Shown: positions 24,773 to 33,690 of the stretch, in pieces | Numbering within the stretch: position 1 is the stretch's first letter | How the letters are laid out: each line of letters opens with the position of its first letter | NCBI GenBank assembly: GCA_030648055.1 | Contig: JAUSHI010000009.1 | Span: 176,769-240,768, forward strand | DNA length: 64,000 nt | DNA from: a bacterium | GTDB taxonomy: Bacteria; Patescibacteriota; Minisyncoccia; Sungbacterales; SURF-37 | Direction of reading: 5' to 3' | Program-made: the position numbers and the translations under genes | The notes under the pieces: generated by a model | Database searches by the model: none | The model's input: the letters and a program-made list of their open reading frames with translations, nothing else | Told to the model about the DNA's origin: nothing

Positions 24773-25354
24773 ATGGCTCGGGGATTAACAAAAAGAATAC
24801 GGCAGGTCCGCAGAAAGTCATTCCCCGTAACATATTCAAAAATTGTGTTACGAGGTATGGCTTGGTGGACATCATTATTTCTTCATTTCGACTCCGGCAA
24901 AGTGCCGGGAGACGAAAAGAAAGAAGCGAACGCTTTGGTTCTATTAATTCGTGCCATAAGAAAAGCTTTTTACGAAAATTTAATTGATACTATTCATGTC
25001 GCCTTGCTTTTTGCAACTTATGCCTATTTTTTCTTAAGTGTCGCCGCGTTCTTATTTCAAAATATTTTTCCGCGCCAGATTCTTTATGTCGTGGACGCTT
25101 TTTCCGAACCGTATCTCGGCGTTCTGGGTATTTACGTGGTAGTTAATGAGATTCGCAAGCGCAGGGGGAGTGTCGCGCATCCTCATTTTGCCAGTATTTT
25201 TGCCGGAGTTTGGGCGGCGTTTCTTATCACCTCAACACTCATTGTGGTTTTGGGCGACACATATTATTTTAATGATATGTATCGTACCGTTGTGACCAAT
25301 TCTTTAGCCGCTCTTATTATTCGCGTCGGAGCGATTGTCAGTAAGGTGCCTTGA
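24773..25354 (+). CDS. Hypothetical polytopic membrane protein
   Basis: 193-aa ORF with 4-5 hydrophobic segments. No family recognised. Confidence 0.5.
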   Translation: MARGLTKRIRQVRRKSFPVTYSKIVLRGMAWWTSLFLHFDSGKVPGDEKKEANALVLLIRAIRKAFYENLIDTIHVALLFATYAYFFLSVAAFLFQNIFPRQILYVVDAFSEPYLGVLGIYVVVNEIRKRRGSVAHPHFASIFAGVWAAFLITSTLIVVLGDTYYFNDMYRTVVTNSLAALIIRVGAIVSKVP

Positions 25355-25401
25355 ATAAATTTAGAAAAAATAAAAACCCCCGCTTCTTGCGGGGTTTTTG
25401 G

Positions 25402-25794
25402 TTATTCTTTTTCCCATGGGAATACAACAAAGGCATCTGTTTTTTCGTGAAGCCAGATATCTGGAACTACTATGCTTTGCCTGTGGTAGTAAGGAGTTAC
25501 AATAACGCTTTTGTGGAATGGAGCGAGTGTTTTGCCTGTGTCAGCGATGTCGTCTGTGATGATAATTTTCTTTGCGAGGCTTAAAAATGCGAATATTACC
25601 ATTATCCATCTTGGCAAAGTAATAAGCGGAATTCCAAGTTCGTGCGAGATCATAACCGCGATAATCAGTCCGCCTCTTGGTGGACCCCACACTCCCTTAA
25701 ATTTAGTCGGGTGCGATTTTAAGGCCGGAATTATTCTTTCGTACATATCGGGAAGGAATTCTTTCCATGGGTAAAGGCGTTTTTTATTTTCCAT
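25402..25794 (-). CDS. Phosphoribosyltransferase (PRT type I) family protein
   Basis: PRPP-binding loop KKIIITDDIADTGKTL. The ATG at 25794 is preferred because the longer form overlaps the upstream gene. Confidence 0.75.
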   Translation of the reverse strand: MENKKRLYPWKEFLPDMYERIIPALKSHPTKFKGVWGPPRGGLIIAVMISHELGIPLITLPRWIMVIFAFLSLAKKIIITDDIADTGKTLAPFHKSVIVTPYYHRQSIVVPDIWLHEKTDAFVVFPWEKE

Positions 25795-25798
25795 CGCG

Positions 25799-26224
25799 TC
25801 ATCTCCCCAAGAAGTAGTTTGAGTAGCGGACAAAAAATACGATGTTATGGATTGCGACAAGAAAAAGCATGGCGCTAAATGTCCAGATGTATACTGATAA
25901 AATCCTTATGTAGCTTGAAATGAAGACTAAACACGCTATTACGGTGCTCAAAACGCCGAGCTTATAGAATATGAACAAAAACCAGCCCTTTTGCATCAGC
26001 TCTCGCATGAAAGGGTTACCTTCATGGTTGATTCCCATTTGGCTTACAACAAGTAACGTGGTTATATAGTCTAGAAAGTTAGCAAAAAATGCTATAAGGA
26101 ACAAAAGGCGCAAGTCGAAATTAGCAAACCGTGGGCATTTAAAATGGATTACGGCGAGAATCATTGCGAGAACTACGACCATTATGCTGAAGCCGTTACC
26201 TTGGTAAAAGTTGTCAGGGAGCAA
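25799..26224 (-). CDS. Small polytopic membrane protein (DUF5658-like)
   Basis: FANFLDYITT...GINHEGNPFMREL pattern and four TM segments. Confidence 0.55.
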   Translation of the reverse strand: MLPDNFYQGNGFSIMVVVLAMILAVIHFKCPRFANFDLRLLFLIAFFANFLDYITTLLVVSQMGINHEGNPFMRELMQKGWFLFIFYKLGVLSTVIACLVFISSYIRILSVYIWTFSAMLFLVAIHNIVFFVRYSNYFLGR

Positions 26225-26301
26225 TTCAAACCTCCTTAGCCCGTTTTGCGGGGCTTTTGAAAGTATCCGAATAATGTGTTAAAAATAATATATCACATTT
26301 T

Positions 26302-27447
26302 ATGGAAAAAAACAACCACCTTCGCACATGGATAGAAATAGATACGGCCGCCTTGGCCGCGAATTTTCGTCAGCTGCGCAATATTGTGAGCGCCAAGAAA
26401 AAAATAATGGCCGTAGTGAAGTCCAACGCGTATGGCCACGGAATTGTAGGTATCGCAAAAAGCTTAAGGAAGTCCGCGCCTTCTATATGGTTCGGGGTTG
26501 ATTCGTTGGTTGAAGGGCTACGGTTAAGGGAAGAGGGAATTAAGAGTCCGATTTTGGTTCTTGGTTCAACGCTCCCCACATTATTTATTGAGGCCGGGCG
26601 CCAAAAAATCTTTATAACTATTTCTAATTTTGAAGGCCTTGATGCTTTGTCAAAATTAAAAGTAAGGCCGGAGATTCATTTAAAAATTGACACAGGCATG
26701 CACCGACAGGGCTTTCTTCCTAAGGAGGTTGGAGTGGTAATTAAGCGGCTGAAAAAAAATAAAATTGTCCCGCGCGGAATTTATACGCATTTTGCATCAG
26801 CCAAAGACCGCGCTTATCCGACCGCGACTCTTGAACAGTTTGAGCTTTTTAAAAAAGTTACGCGCGGGTTTGAACGGGCCGGGTTTAAGGGCATGGTGTG
26901 TCATGCGGCGGCTTCAGGCGGGGCGCTTCTTTTTCCGGAAGCGCATTTGGATATGGTTAGAATCGGAATGGCGCTTTGGGGGCATTGGCCGTCAGATGAG
27001 GCGAAAATAAATGTATTGTCGGGGAGATTTAATTTGCCTAAAATTTCGTTAAAACCGGTTCTTTCGTGGAAGACGAGGGTTGCCGAAGTTAAAAAAATTC
27101 CCACCGGAGCTTTAGTTGGCTATGACCTGACTGAAAGAGTTGCACGCTTAAGCCAGATTGCCGTTTTGCCGGTTGGATATTGGCATGGTTTTGACAGGGG
27201 CCTTTCTTCGTCTGGACTTGTGTTGGTGGGGGGCAAAAGGGCGAAAGTGCTTGGCAGAGTTTCTATGGATATGATTGTGTGCGATGTTACTAATATTCCG
27301 GGGGTGAAAGTCGGCGATGTCGTCATACTTATAGGAAGACAGGGAAAAGAAGAAATAAGCGCGGAGGAAATTGCCAGAACGCTTAACACTTCACCCTATG
27401 AAGTATTGACACGAATTAATCCATTGATTGAGCGGATATATAAATAA
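26302..27447 (+). CDS. alr: Alanine racemase
   Basis: PLP-lysine motif AVVKSNAYGHG and C-terminal SMDMIVCDVT. Confidence 0.9.
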   Translation: MEKNNHLRTWIEIDTAALAANFRQLRNIVSAKKKIMAVVKSNAYGHGIVGIAKSLRKSAPSIWFGVDSLVEGLRLREEGIKSPILVLGSTLPTLFIEAGRQKIFITISNFEGLDALSKLKVRPEIHLKIDTGMHRQGFLPKEVGVVIKRLKKNKIVPRGIYTHFASAKDRAYPTATLEQFELFKKVTRGFERAGFKGMVCHAAASGGALLFPEAHLDMVRIGMALWGHWPSDEAKINVLSGRFNLPKISLKPVLSWKTRVAEVKKIPTGALVGYDLTERVARLSQIAVLPVGYWHGFDRGLSSSGLVLVGGKRAKVLGRVSMDMIVCDVTNIPGVKVGDVVILIGRQGKEEISAEEIARTLNTSPYEVLTRINPLIERIYK

Positions 27448-27674
27448 AGGGCTTTGTCCAAAATTGCGAGGCATATCGGCGAAGCAATTTTGGCAACAAA
27501 ACCTTTAGCCCTCCCCAGTTTTATAATGGAGTCAAAAAATTAATTATATAATACTAATTAGTAATATCTTCTGTTATTTCGGGCTTGAATATAAAACTGG
27601 GGAGGGATGCTCAATGTTGTAGCTAAATTTATTTCGCTTGCATTGGGCTCGCTCATAATTTAGACAACATTGGC

Positions 27675-28556
27675 ATGCAAGAGCAGTTTCGGAAAAGTAA
27701 AATTCTCTATACCGGTGAAGCCGTTAATACGAAAGCTAAAAAGCGTTTTTCATTAAAATTATTTTTTATTATATTCGCGGTAATTCTTTCGGTCTCCGTT
27801 GTTGCTGGTGTTTTTTATGCGTTGCGTCTGCCGAGACTCCGCATTCAGGAAATTAGCATAGTGGGCGCGAAATCCATTTTGGAAGATGATATTAGTTCCT
27901 TGGCGCTTAGCGATATTAGTGGAAGCAGCTTTTATTTAATACCTAAGGATAGTTATTTCTTTGTGCGTTTATCTCGGATAGAAAATCTAATTAAAAATAA
28001 ATTTTTGAGAATCGTGGAAGTAAGGGCGCAAAAAACTTTTAAGTCGGCGCTTAATATTGTGGTTACCGAACGCGATATTTGGGGGATGGGCTGTATTAAA
28101 ACAGAAATCAAAGAAGTTGCGGGAATAGCGTCAAAACAAGAAAGTATTAAAAAAACCGGCCCTTGTTTTTATATTGATAAGACCGGTTTTGCGTTTGAGG
28201 ATGTCTCCTCGTTTGAGGGCGGGCTCTTGCCGGTTGTTTATACTGATGGCGAGGGCACACTCGGCTCTTCCATCATACAAAGCTCCAATGTGGCTTTTTT
28301 TGAGGAGGCCGCGAAAACCTTAGAATCATCACTTCAACTGCCTTTACTTTCTGTAGAAATTTCTTCTAAAAATTCTGATGATGTACGCCTGAATTTAAAA
28401 GAGGGCTGGTCGCTTATTGTTCTCCGCAATAAGCCAAGTTCAAATTGGATAAGCTTTTTAAAAACACTCCTTGACGGAGAAATAAAAGATAAACGCGCCG
28501 GTCTTGATTATGTGGACCTGCGCTTTGGCAATAAAGTGTTTTATAAATATAGGTGA
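27675..28556 (+). CDS. ftsQ: Cell division protein FtsQ/DivIB-like (POTRA)
   Basis: Basic N-terminus, single TM, then POTRA-like RIQEISIVGAKSI. C-terminal YVDLRFGNKVFYK. Confidence 0.7.
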   Translation: MQEQFRKSKILYTGEAVNTKAKKRFSLKLFFIIFAVILSVSVVAGVFYALRLPRLRIQEISIVGAKSILEDDISSLALSDISGSSFYLIPKDSYFFVRLSRIENLIKNKFLRIVEVRAQKTFKSALNIVVTERDIWGMGCIKTEIKEVAGIASKQESIKKTGPCFYIDKTGFAFEDVSSFEGGLLPVVYTDGEGTLGSSIIQSSNVAFFEEAAKTLESSLQLPLLSVEISSKNSDDVRLNLKEGWSLIVLRNKPSSNWISFLKTLLDGEIKDKRAGLDYVDLRFGNKVFYKYR

Positions 28557-28564
28557 GCATTATC

Positions 28565-28615
28565 AAATGTTCCGGGTAGCAAGCGGTCGTTTGCTATTTG
28601 GAACATTTATTTTTG
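28565..28615 (+). terminator. Intrinsic terminator after ftsQ
   Basis: AAATGTTCC..CAAGCGGTCGTTTG..GGAACATTT followed by ATTTTT. Confidence 0.7.
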
Positions 28616-28650
28616 AGAATTTTTGTGAAAATGAAAGGCACGAGCTTGTG

Positions 28651-28686
28651 CAGTTTCGGGAACAAAGTTTTTATAAATTCCGATGA
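28651..28686 (+). pseudogene. Possible diverged duplicate of the ftsQ 3' end
   Basis: QFREQSFYKFR* compared with RFGNKVFYKYR*. It is followed by a second hairpin sharing the CAAGCGGTCG[T/C]TTG core. The similarity is weak. Confidence 0.35.
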
Positions 28687-28692
28687 ATTTTA

Positions 28693-28739
28693 ATATCCAA
28701 CTAACAAGCGGTCGCTTGTTAGTTGGATATTTGATTTTA
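28693..28739 (+). terminator. Second strong intrinsic terminator hairpin
   Basis: ATATCCAACTAACAAGC-GGTC-GCTTGTTAGTTGGATAT followed by TTGATTTTATT. Confidence 0.7.
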
Positions 28740-28780
28740 TTAATAGGAAAGGTGCAAGATATTTTTGAGAAAACTAAATA

Positions 28781-29571
28781 AAAAAATTAGCCCGAGCATC
28801 TTTACGCGAAAGGTCGCGTAAAAGTGCTCGGGCACCCCGATTTAGGGGATTTGGAGTCCGTTGGGTATCGGTCCCATCTTTCGGGCCCCTTTTCTTCGGC
28901 ATGCGTTGCCAACATGTAGGCGTCACATGCGGCAACGGCTTCACATTCCACGCGGAATGCTGAATTCCGGATGATGAGCCTGGAACGGTCCGGGTCAAGT
29001 CCAGAACGCGTGCATGGAACTGTATCTGACAAGAGCGAGCAAGCCCCCATCCTATTTGGGGGGCTGGCGGAGTCCGTCAGGTGTCGATCCTGTTCATTCG
29101 GGCTCCTCTTCTGGGCGTGTAGGCCTCATCTCCATGCGGAATGCTGAATTCCAATTCCGGGGGATTCGGAATCCCATTCGGATCGGAACGCGTGCATGGA
29201 GATAGAATCCGGACACGGAGGGGTGTTTGATGCACGTCGGCCTGGCCGCGACTTTTACAAAGTCGGCATCAAACCATCTCCGTCTCCGTGTCCGGAAGCC
29301 TTTGGTGGTGGAGCCGTGTTATGCAAGCTCGGTTCCGTTTTTTGGTTTAACGGAACCCTTGGCACAACCACCTTGTTGTTGAAGGAGCAATGGCTTTTCC
29401 CGAGGCTCCGCGATAGCCTATCGCGGAGCCTCGGGCAGGAAGAAGCTCCCAACCGGGAGCTAACCTCGGAAGTACCGGGAGGGTTACCTTACACCCTCAA
29501 CCGGCCTTCCTACTAACCTGACCACACATACTCTCGGATACCCGAGAGCATGTGTGGATTTTTACATTACT
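28781..29571 (-). ncRNA. Large (~0.8 kb) GC-rich highly structured RNA candidate of unknown family with tandemly duplicated internal domain
   Basis: A perfect minus-strand promoter lies just upstream. A 20-bp hairpin plus a T7 run on minus closes the far end. Perfect helices of 13-17 bp occur throughout. Only unconvincing ORFs are present, and they occur on both strands. The strand call rests on the promoter and terminator; base-pair (G.U) evidence is mixed. Confidence 0.6.
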
Positions 29572-29577
29572 ATGATC

Positions 29578-29605
29578 ATTATATCAAATCTAGTAATTAT
29601 GTCAA
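29578..29605 (-). promoter_or_regulatory. Consensus sigma70 promoter driving the structured RNA
   Basis: Minus strand reads TTGACA-16 nt-TATAAT. Confidence 0.7.
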
Positions 29606-29682
29606 GTTTTTGAGGAGTAATAAAAGCAACCTTAAAAGGCCACTTTTCTACTCATGTTTAAGCTTATTTTAGAGCTGGCCGT

Positions 29683-31554
29683 TTAAGGCAATTGATATAT
29701 AAATATTGATTTTCCGGTTCGCGCTACTGGCTGGTAGTTCTTAAGCCATTCATATGAATCTTCGGGTTTTTGTACAAAACCCGGTACCGGCTTGCCTAGG
29801 GCGCTCATCTGAAATGTTGACGATATGGCAAACCAACCGTGCGCCGGTCCTTTTGCCGACCACCACGGTTCAAATTTATTGCCAAGATAATATTTGGGAC
29901 TGCCGCCGCCGAAATAATCCACGGCTATTTTTTTGATGCCATTTTTTTCGGTAAATTCTTTAAGCCGTTTTAAGTCCTGTCCCCAGTCATAGTTTGAATC
30001 AACCGCGTACTTGTAGCCGTTGTCGGTTCCTCCAGCAAGTTCATTGTAATAAGAAAGGAAATGCGGATAAGTCACGATGGTGTCGGCGATGAGCCAGACA
30101 AGAAGGACGCCGAGTAGCAGATATTTTGGAACGGATTTAATGTAAAGCTCGTAAATATTTTTAATCCATCCGTGCCATGTTCTGGGGTCGGCATTTTTCA
30201 CATTACTTAGCCATCCGGAAAGGCCTTTTGATACCAAAAGATAAATAAAGGTAAACGTCGGCAAGAGATGTCTTACGCCTATGTTTAGGGGCGCCCTCAT
30301 GCTGTAGCCCCAATAAAATATGATGAATACCCACGCTGAAACCGTAATATAATTTCCACGCATCCAGCTGAAAGTTTTTTCAATTGATTTTTGCCTTACG
30401 CGCAGTATTTTTCGCGCGGCAAATATGAGCGCAATTAGCGATAGGATATGGAACGCGAGCGGTTCTTTCAGGAGGTACATGGTCGGGAAATAAAGGCGCG
30501 AACCGCCCGAGCTTACCTCTCCCAGGAAATAATTAGTGTTGCCCCCCGCCACTCTTTGCACCACCATGAGGATGCCCATAAAATATTGGCCGAGCGGACG
30601 GAAGACGGGCTGTTTAATCATCCATAGGTCAATATTTACAAGTTGGCGGTTGCCGAATGAGCTTAAAGTATATTCCGCGTCGTGAAGCTGACGCTCTGGA
30701 GGATAGTTCCATACGTGATAGCCGTATACCGCCCAAATTAAAATTGTGCCGATGAGGCCGATTAGAATTGTTTTGCCGGCAAGTTTTGTGAAAAGACGCA
30801 GTTTTTCATTCAAGTCGGCATTTTGCACTATTACCCACATAACGAGCAGAATGGCATATATCGGTAGCAGGAGAAAAAGAGAAAACTTGAGAAGTTCGGC
30901 AACACCGAAGAGAAGTCCTGTGATGAGCATATTTTTCCGTGTGGGGGATTCAAGAAAAGAAATAAAAGAGACAATGCCGATGAAAAAGGCAAATGCCGCG
31001 GCGAGATCCGTAGTAACGAACCGCGAGTGGGCGATAAATGTCGGCGAGAAAGCGTAAAAGGTAAGGGCAAGAATCGCGGCAAGATAGCCGAAATTTTTCT
31101 TGGTCCACCTGAAAAAAAGCCAGCCGAATAAAAGTGCTAAGAGCATTTCGGGTAGCCGCATCCAAAAAAGAATACTGTCCGGATTATTTCCAGATTCATA
31201 GAGGAATATTTCTCCTTGAGTCCATTGGCCGTTTATGTCTTCCCTCCATGCTTTTGTGTCTGTGGGGAAATTTAGTCCCAGAAAGAGCGCGGGGACGGCG
31301 GCGAGGTCTTTTATCAGCGGCGGGTGTTCGGGATTGAGGCGGTAATCTTTTTGGGTGAGGTAGGAGTATCCCGCCGGAATATGAGCAAGTTCGTCCATTA
31401 TCGCCGAGTCCCCGATGGAGGAAAAAACCATTAACAAAGCCATGACTCCGAGAATAGCAAACGCAAGGTAATTTGTTCGTTCTGGTTTGTCGGTGATTAT
31501 TTTGGAGTTCGCTTCGTAGGTATGTTCTTCTGCGTTGTTTTTTTTAAAATTCAT
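29683..31554 (-). CDS. GT39/GT83-type (PMT/ArnT-like) membrane glycosyltransferase
   Basis: 623 aa with more than 10 TM segments. First-loop DE motif (AIMDELAHIPAGY). Confidence 0.85.
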   Translation of the reverse strand: MNFKKNNAEEHTYEANSKIITDKPERTNYLAFAILGVMALLMVFSSIGDSAIMDELAHIPAGYSYLTQKDYRLNPEHPPLIKDLAAVPALFLGLNFPTDTKAWREDINGQWTQGEIFLYESGNNPDSILFWMRLPEMLLALLFGWLFFRWTKKNFGYLAAILALTFYAFSPTFIAHSRFVTTDLAAAFAFFIGIVSFISFLESPTRKNMLITGLLFGVAELLKFSLFLLLPIYAILLVMWVIVQNADLNEKLRLFTKLAGKTILIGLIGTILIWAVYGYHVWNYPPERQLHDAEYTLSSFGNRQLVNIDLWMIKQPVFRPLGQYFMGILMVVQRVAGGNTNYFLGEVSSGGSRLYFPTMYLLKEPLAFHILSLIALIFAARKILRVRQKSIEKTFSWMRGNYITVSAWVFIIFYWGYSMRAPLNIGVRHLLPTFTFIYLLVSKGLSGWLSNVKNADPRTWHGWIKNIYELYIKSVPKYLLLGVLLVWLIADTIVTYPHFLSYYNELAGGTDNGYKYAVDSNYDWGQDLKRLKEFTEKNGIKKIAVDYFGGGSPKYYLGNKFEPWWSAKGPAHGWFAISSTFQMSALGKPVPGFVQKPEDSYEWLKNYQPVARTGKSIFIYQLP

Positions 31555-31757
31555 AAAAATGTTCTTTAGTTGTTTTATTTATAAAGAAAAAATAAAATAG
31601 CAATCATATAATAAATTTAACGATGATTTATTTTCTAATACTTTTGGTAGTTTTTGTCGTATTGGATGCGTTTTATGCCGTTATGGCAAATAATCCCAAG
31701 GATGGCGACGAAGATAACGGCTTTTTGTAATGGTCGCGAATTAGCCGTTTTTGGTCT

Positions 31758-33455
31758 TTAGTGGGATTCAAACGAAATAAAATCCCCGGGCGCGCTCGGT
31801 TTTAATTCAGGAAAGCGTTTTTTGATTTCTTGAATGAGTGTTTTGTCTCCAGAATTTAAAAGCAATATGGCGGTTTTTTCTTTTTGTCCGATTGCCAGCC
31901 CGTCAAGCGTGGTCAGGTATTTAACATTTTTAGCGCGCCTCTTTTCTTCGGAAAATGTGTCGCTTATAAACATGGGCGTCTGGGCCGGTGCGGGTAGGCC
32001 GCGGATCAGATTGCCATTGAGGTTCACTATTATTATTTTTTTGGTTTCTTTAGGGAGCCCATTTATGTATTCGCCTATATGGGTAAGGTCGGTTGAGAAG
32101 GCGTAATAAGTATTAATATTATTCGCGAAACGCAAAAAGTATGTTTGCCACGCGTTGAAAGCGATAAATAAAAGTAACAGGGCTAAAAGCAGGGCTGCTT
32201 CTTTTTTTAAGCGGTTTAATTGGCGCCGATAGACTTCCCATTTCGGATTTTCGGATGCGCGGTTAATATAATCGCGCACACTTGTCCAAAGATATTCCGC
32301 ACCCCATCCGGCCAAAATAAATACGGGAACAATAAGGCCGATGGAACGAAGCGCGTGGGGCAGACCTTCGCGGGTGAGGGTCGCGGGAAGGAGCATGAAG
32401 AAAAGCCATATTAAAATAGTCCATGCGGCGAGTTTTTCATCCGAGTCTTCATTTTCTTTTTGTTTATTTTTAAAGAAGGCCCTTTTTATGGCAAGAACGA
32501 GGCCTATGGCAAAAAATATGGCGACCGGCCAGAAAAGCTCCGGCTGGCAGGCGAAATTATGCCTCGGATTGCAGTCGCCCCGCCAGAAAAACATCTGCGT
32601 TGTAAGGCCGTTTGATTTTACGAATTCAAATAAAGGGTTTGCCGCGGAAAAAATAGAAACCTGCTCGCTTCTTCCAAGAAAATCTTGCGGATTTTGGAGA
32701 AAATAATATCCGATTGGCAGAGCAACGACGAAAGCGACAAAAATAAAGAGCGTGATGGCGCACGGCGCGCAAGATTTTTTAGCTGTGCCATTAGTGTCCA
32801 CCGTAACGGTATTTGGTCTCCACCACCGCCAAAAATAAATCGCGAGGGGGAGGGCAACCACAAATGGCATGAAGCGGAACGCAATATAGGTATGAAGGCC
32901 GAGACCGAAAAAAATTCCCGCGAATACCAAATCGCTGATTTTGCTTTTACGGAGTCCTTTAAGCAGAAAATATATTCCGAACGCGGAGAAGAACGGCACA
33001 GAAATAGCTCGGAAGCCGATTCGTGAGAAATTAATATGCCAAAAACTTGTTGCCAGAAAAAAAGATGCAAAAAGTGCTACGAGTGTCGCGCGCCTTGGTT
33101 TGTCCCTAAAAAGCTCACGCGCCAAAAGATAGACGCCGAAAATTGTGAGCGAGCCGAAAAGCGCGGAAACGACGCGAAGTGTCCAGGCGTGTTGTCCTAA
33201 TAGCCACAGCGAGAGCGCCTGTATATTTATGAATAGCCCCTCACGGCCGTTGTTTTCCGGATAGAAAATTTTCCAGCCCAGGACTGGTCCGCCTTTGGCG
33301 GAAAAATCGGTATTATAAAGCGCCTCAACGGCATTGTTGCCGTTTGTGGCCTCGTCCGGATATAAGCCGGGCGGCGTTTGGTTAATCAGATAAAAACGAA
33401 AAAAAACACCGAGTGCCAGAATCATGATTATTAAGATAACCTCTCGCCGCTTCAT
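31758..33455 (-). CDS. GT39/GT83-type (PMT/ArnT-like) membrane glycosyltransferase, second paralog
   Basis: 565 aa, polytopic. First-loop PPGLYPDEATNG DE motif. Confidence 0.85.
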   Translation of the reverse strand: MKRREVILIIMILALGVFFRFYLINQTPPGLYPDEATNGNNAVEALYNTDFSAKGGPVLGWKIFYPENNGREGLFINIQALSLWLLGQHAWTLRVVSALFGSLTIFGVYLLARELFRDKPRRATLVALFASFFLATSFWHINFSRIGFRAISVPFFSAFGIYFLLKGLRKSKISDLVFAGIFFGLGLHTYIAFRFMPFVVALPLAIYFWRWWRPNTVTVDTNGTAKKSCAPCAITLFIFVAFVVALPIGYYFLQNPQDFLGRSEQVSIFSAANPLFEFVKSNGLTTQMFFWRGDCNPRHNFACQPELFWPVAIFFAIGLVLAIKRAFFKNKQKENEDSDEKLAAWTILIWLFFMLLPATLTREGLPHALRSIGLIVPVFILAGWGAEYLWTSVRDYINRASENPKWEVYRRQLNRLKKEAALLLALLLLFIAFNAWQTYFLRFANNINTYYAFSTDLTHIGEYINGLPKETKKIIIVNLNGNLIRGLPAPAQTPMFISDTFSEEKRRAKNVKYLTTLDGLAIGQKEKTAILLLNSGDKTLIQEIKKRFPELKPSAPGDFISFESH

Positions 33456-33482
33456 TATTAATGTATTATACTATATATAGGT

Positions 33483-33690
33483 CAGGTAGTGAAAATTCGA
33501 CTGGGTGAAAAGCGTTTGAATAGCTTTTCACGGGTTTTGCGAGAAGTCGCCGCAGGCGACCTCGCAGCAATAAACCCGGGACGCATGGGCGGCAAATCAC
33601 TAGTCGAATAATATCTGGAGGTAACACGTGGAGTATCGCAACTCCGATGATACAAAAGTATTAATATTTAAGTCGAATTTCTACTACCTG
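33483..33690 (+). promoter_or_regulatory. Family-1 leader element B (composite): same closing arms as element A, with the conserved structured module inside
   Basis: CAGGTAGTGAAAATTCGAC pairs with GTCGAATTTCTACTACCTG, which ends 2 nt before ATG 33693. The module is at 33503-33580. Confidence 0.7.

Noticed and set aside
29311-29335. Hairpin GAGCCGUGUUAUGCAAGCUCGGUUC on the plus strand, resembling the start and end of group II intron domain V (GAGCCGUAU...UACGGUUC)
   Set aside because: It is only 25 nt against about 34 nt for domain V, and it lacks the 2-nt bulge. It lies about 230 nt from the 3' end rather than 40-60 nt. No GUGYG 5' end or reverse transcriptase/maturase ORF is present, and it is on the strand opposite the promoter and terminator.
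28774-29516. Five overlapping ORFs of 63-106 aa on both strands in the GC-rich block
   Set aside because: They are mutually overlapping on both strands, with Arg/Pro/Gly-rich translations, no start context and no homology. The sequence is better explained as structured RNA.
28781-29571. RNase P RNA, tmRNA, SRP RNA or 6S RNA identity for the structured block
   Set aside because: I could not find the P4 strands (GAGGAAAGUCCGGGC / ACAGAAnCCGGCUUA), a tRNA-like acceptor/T-arm with a tag ORF, or the SRP GGAA tetraloop domain on either strand. The length, about 790 nt, also exceeds all four.
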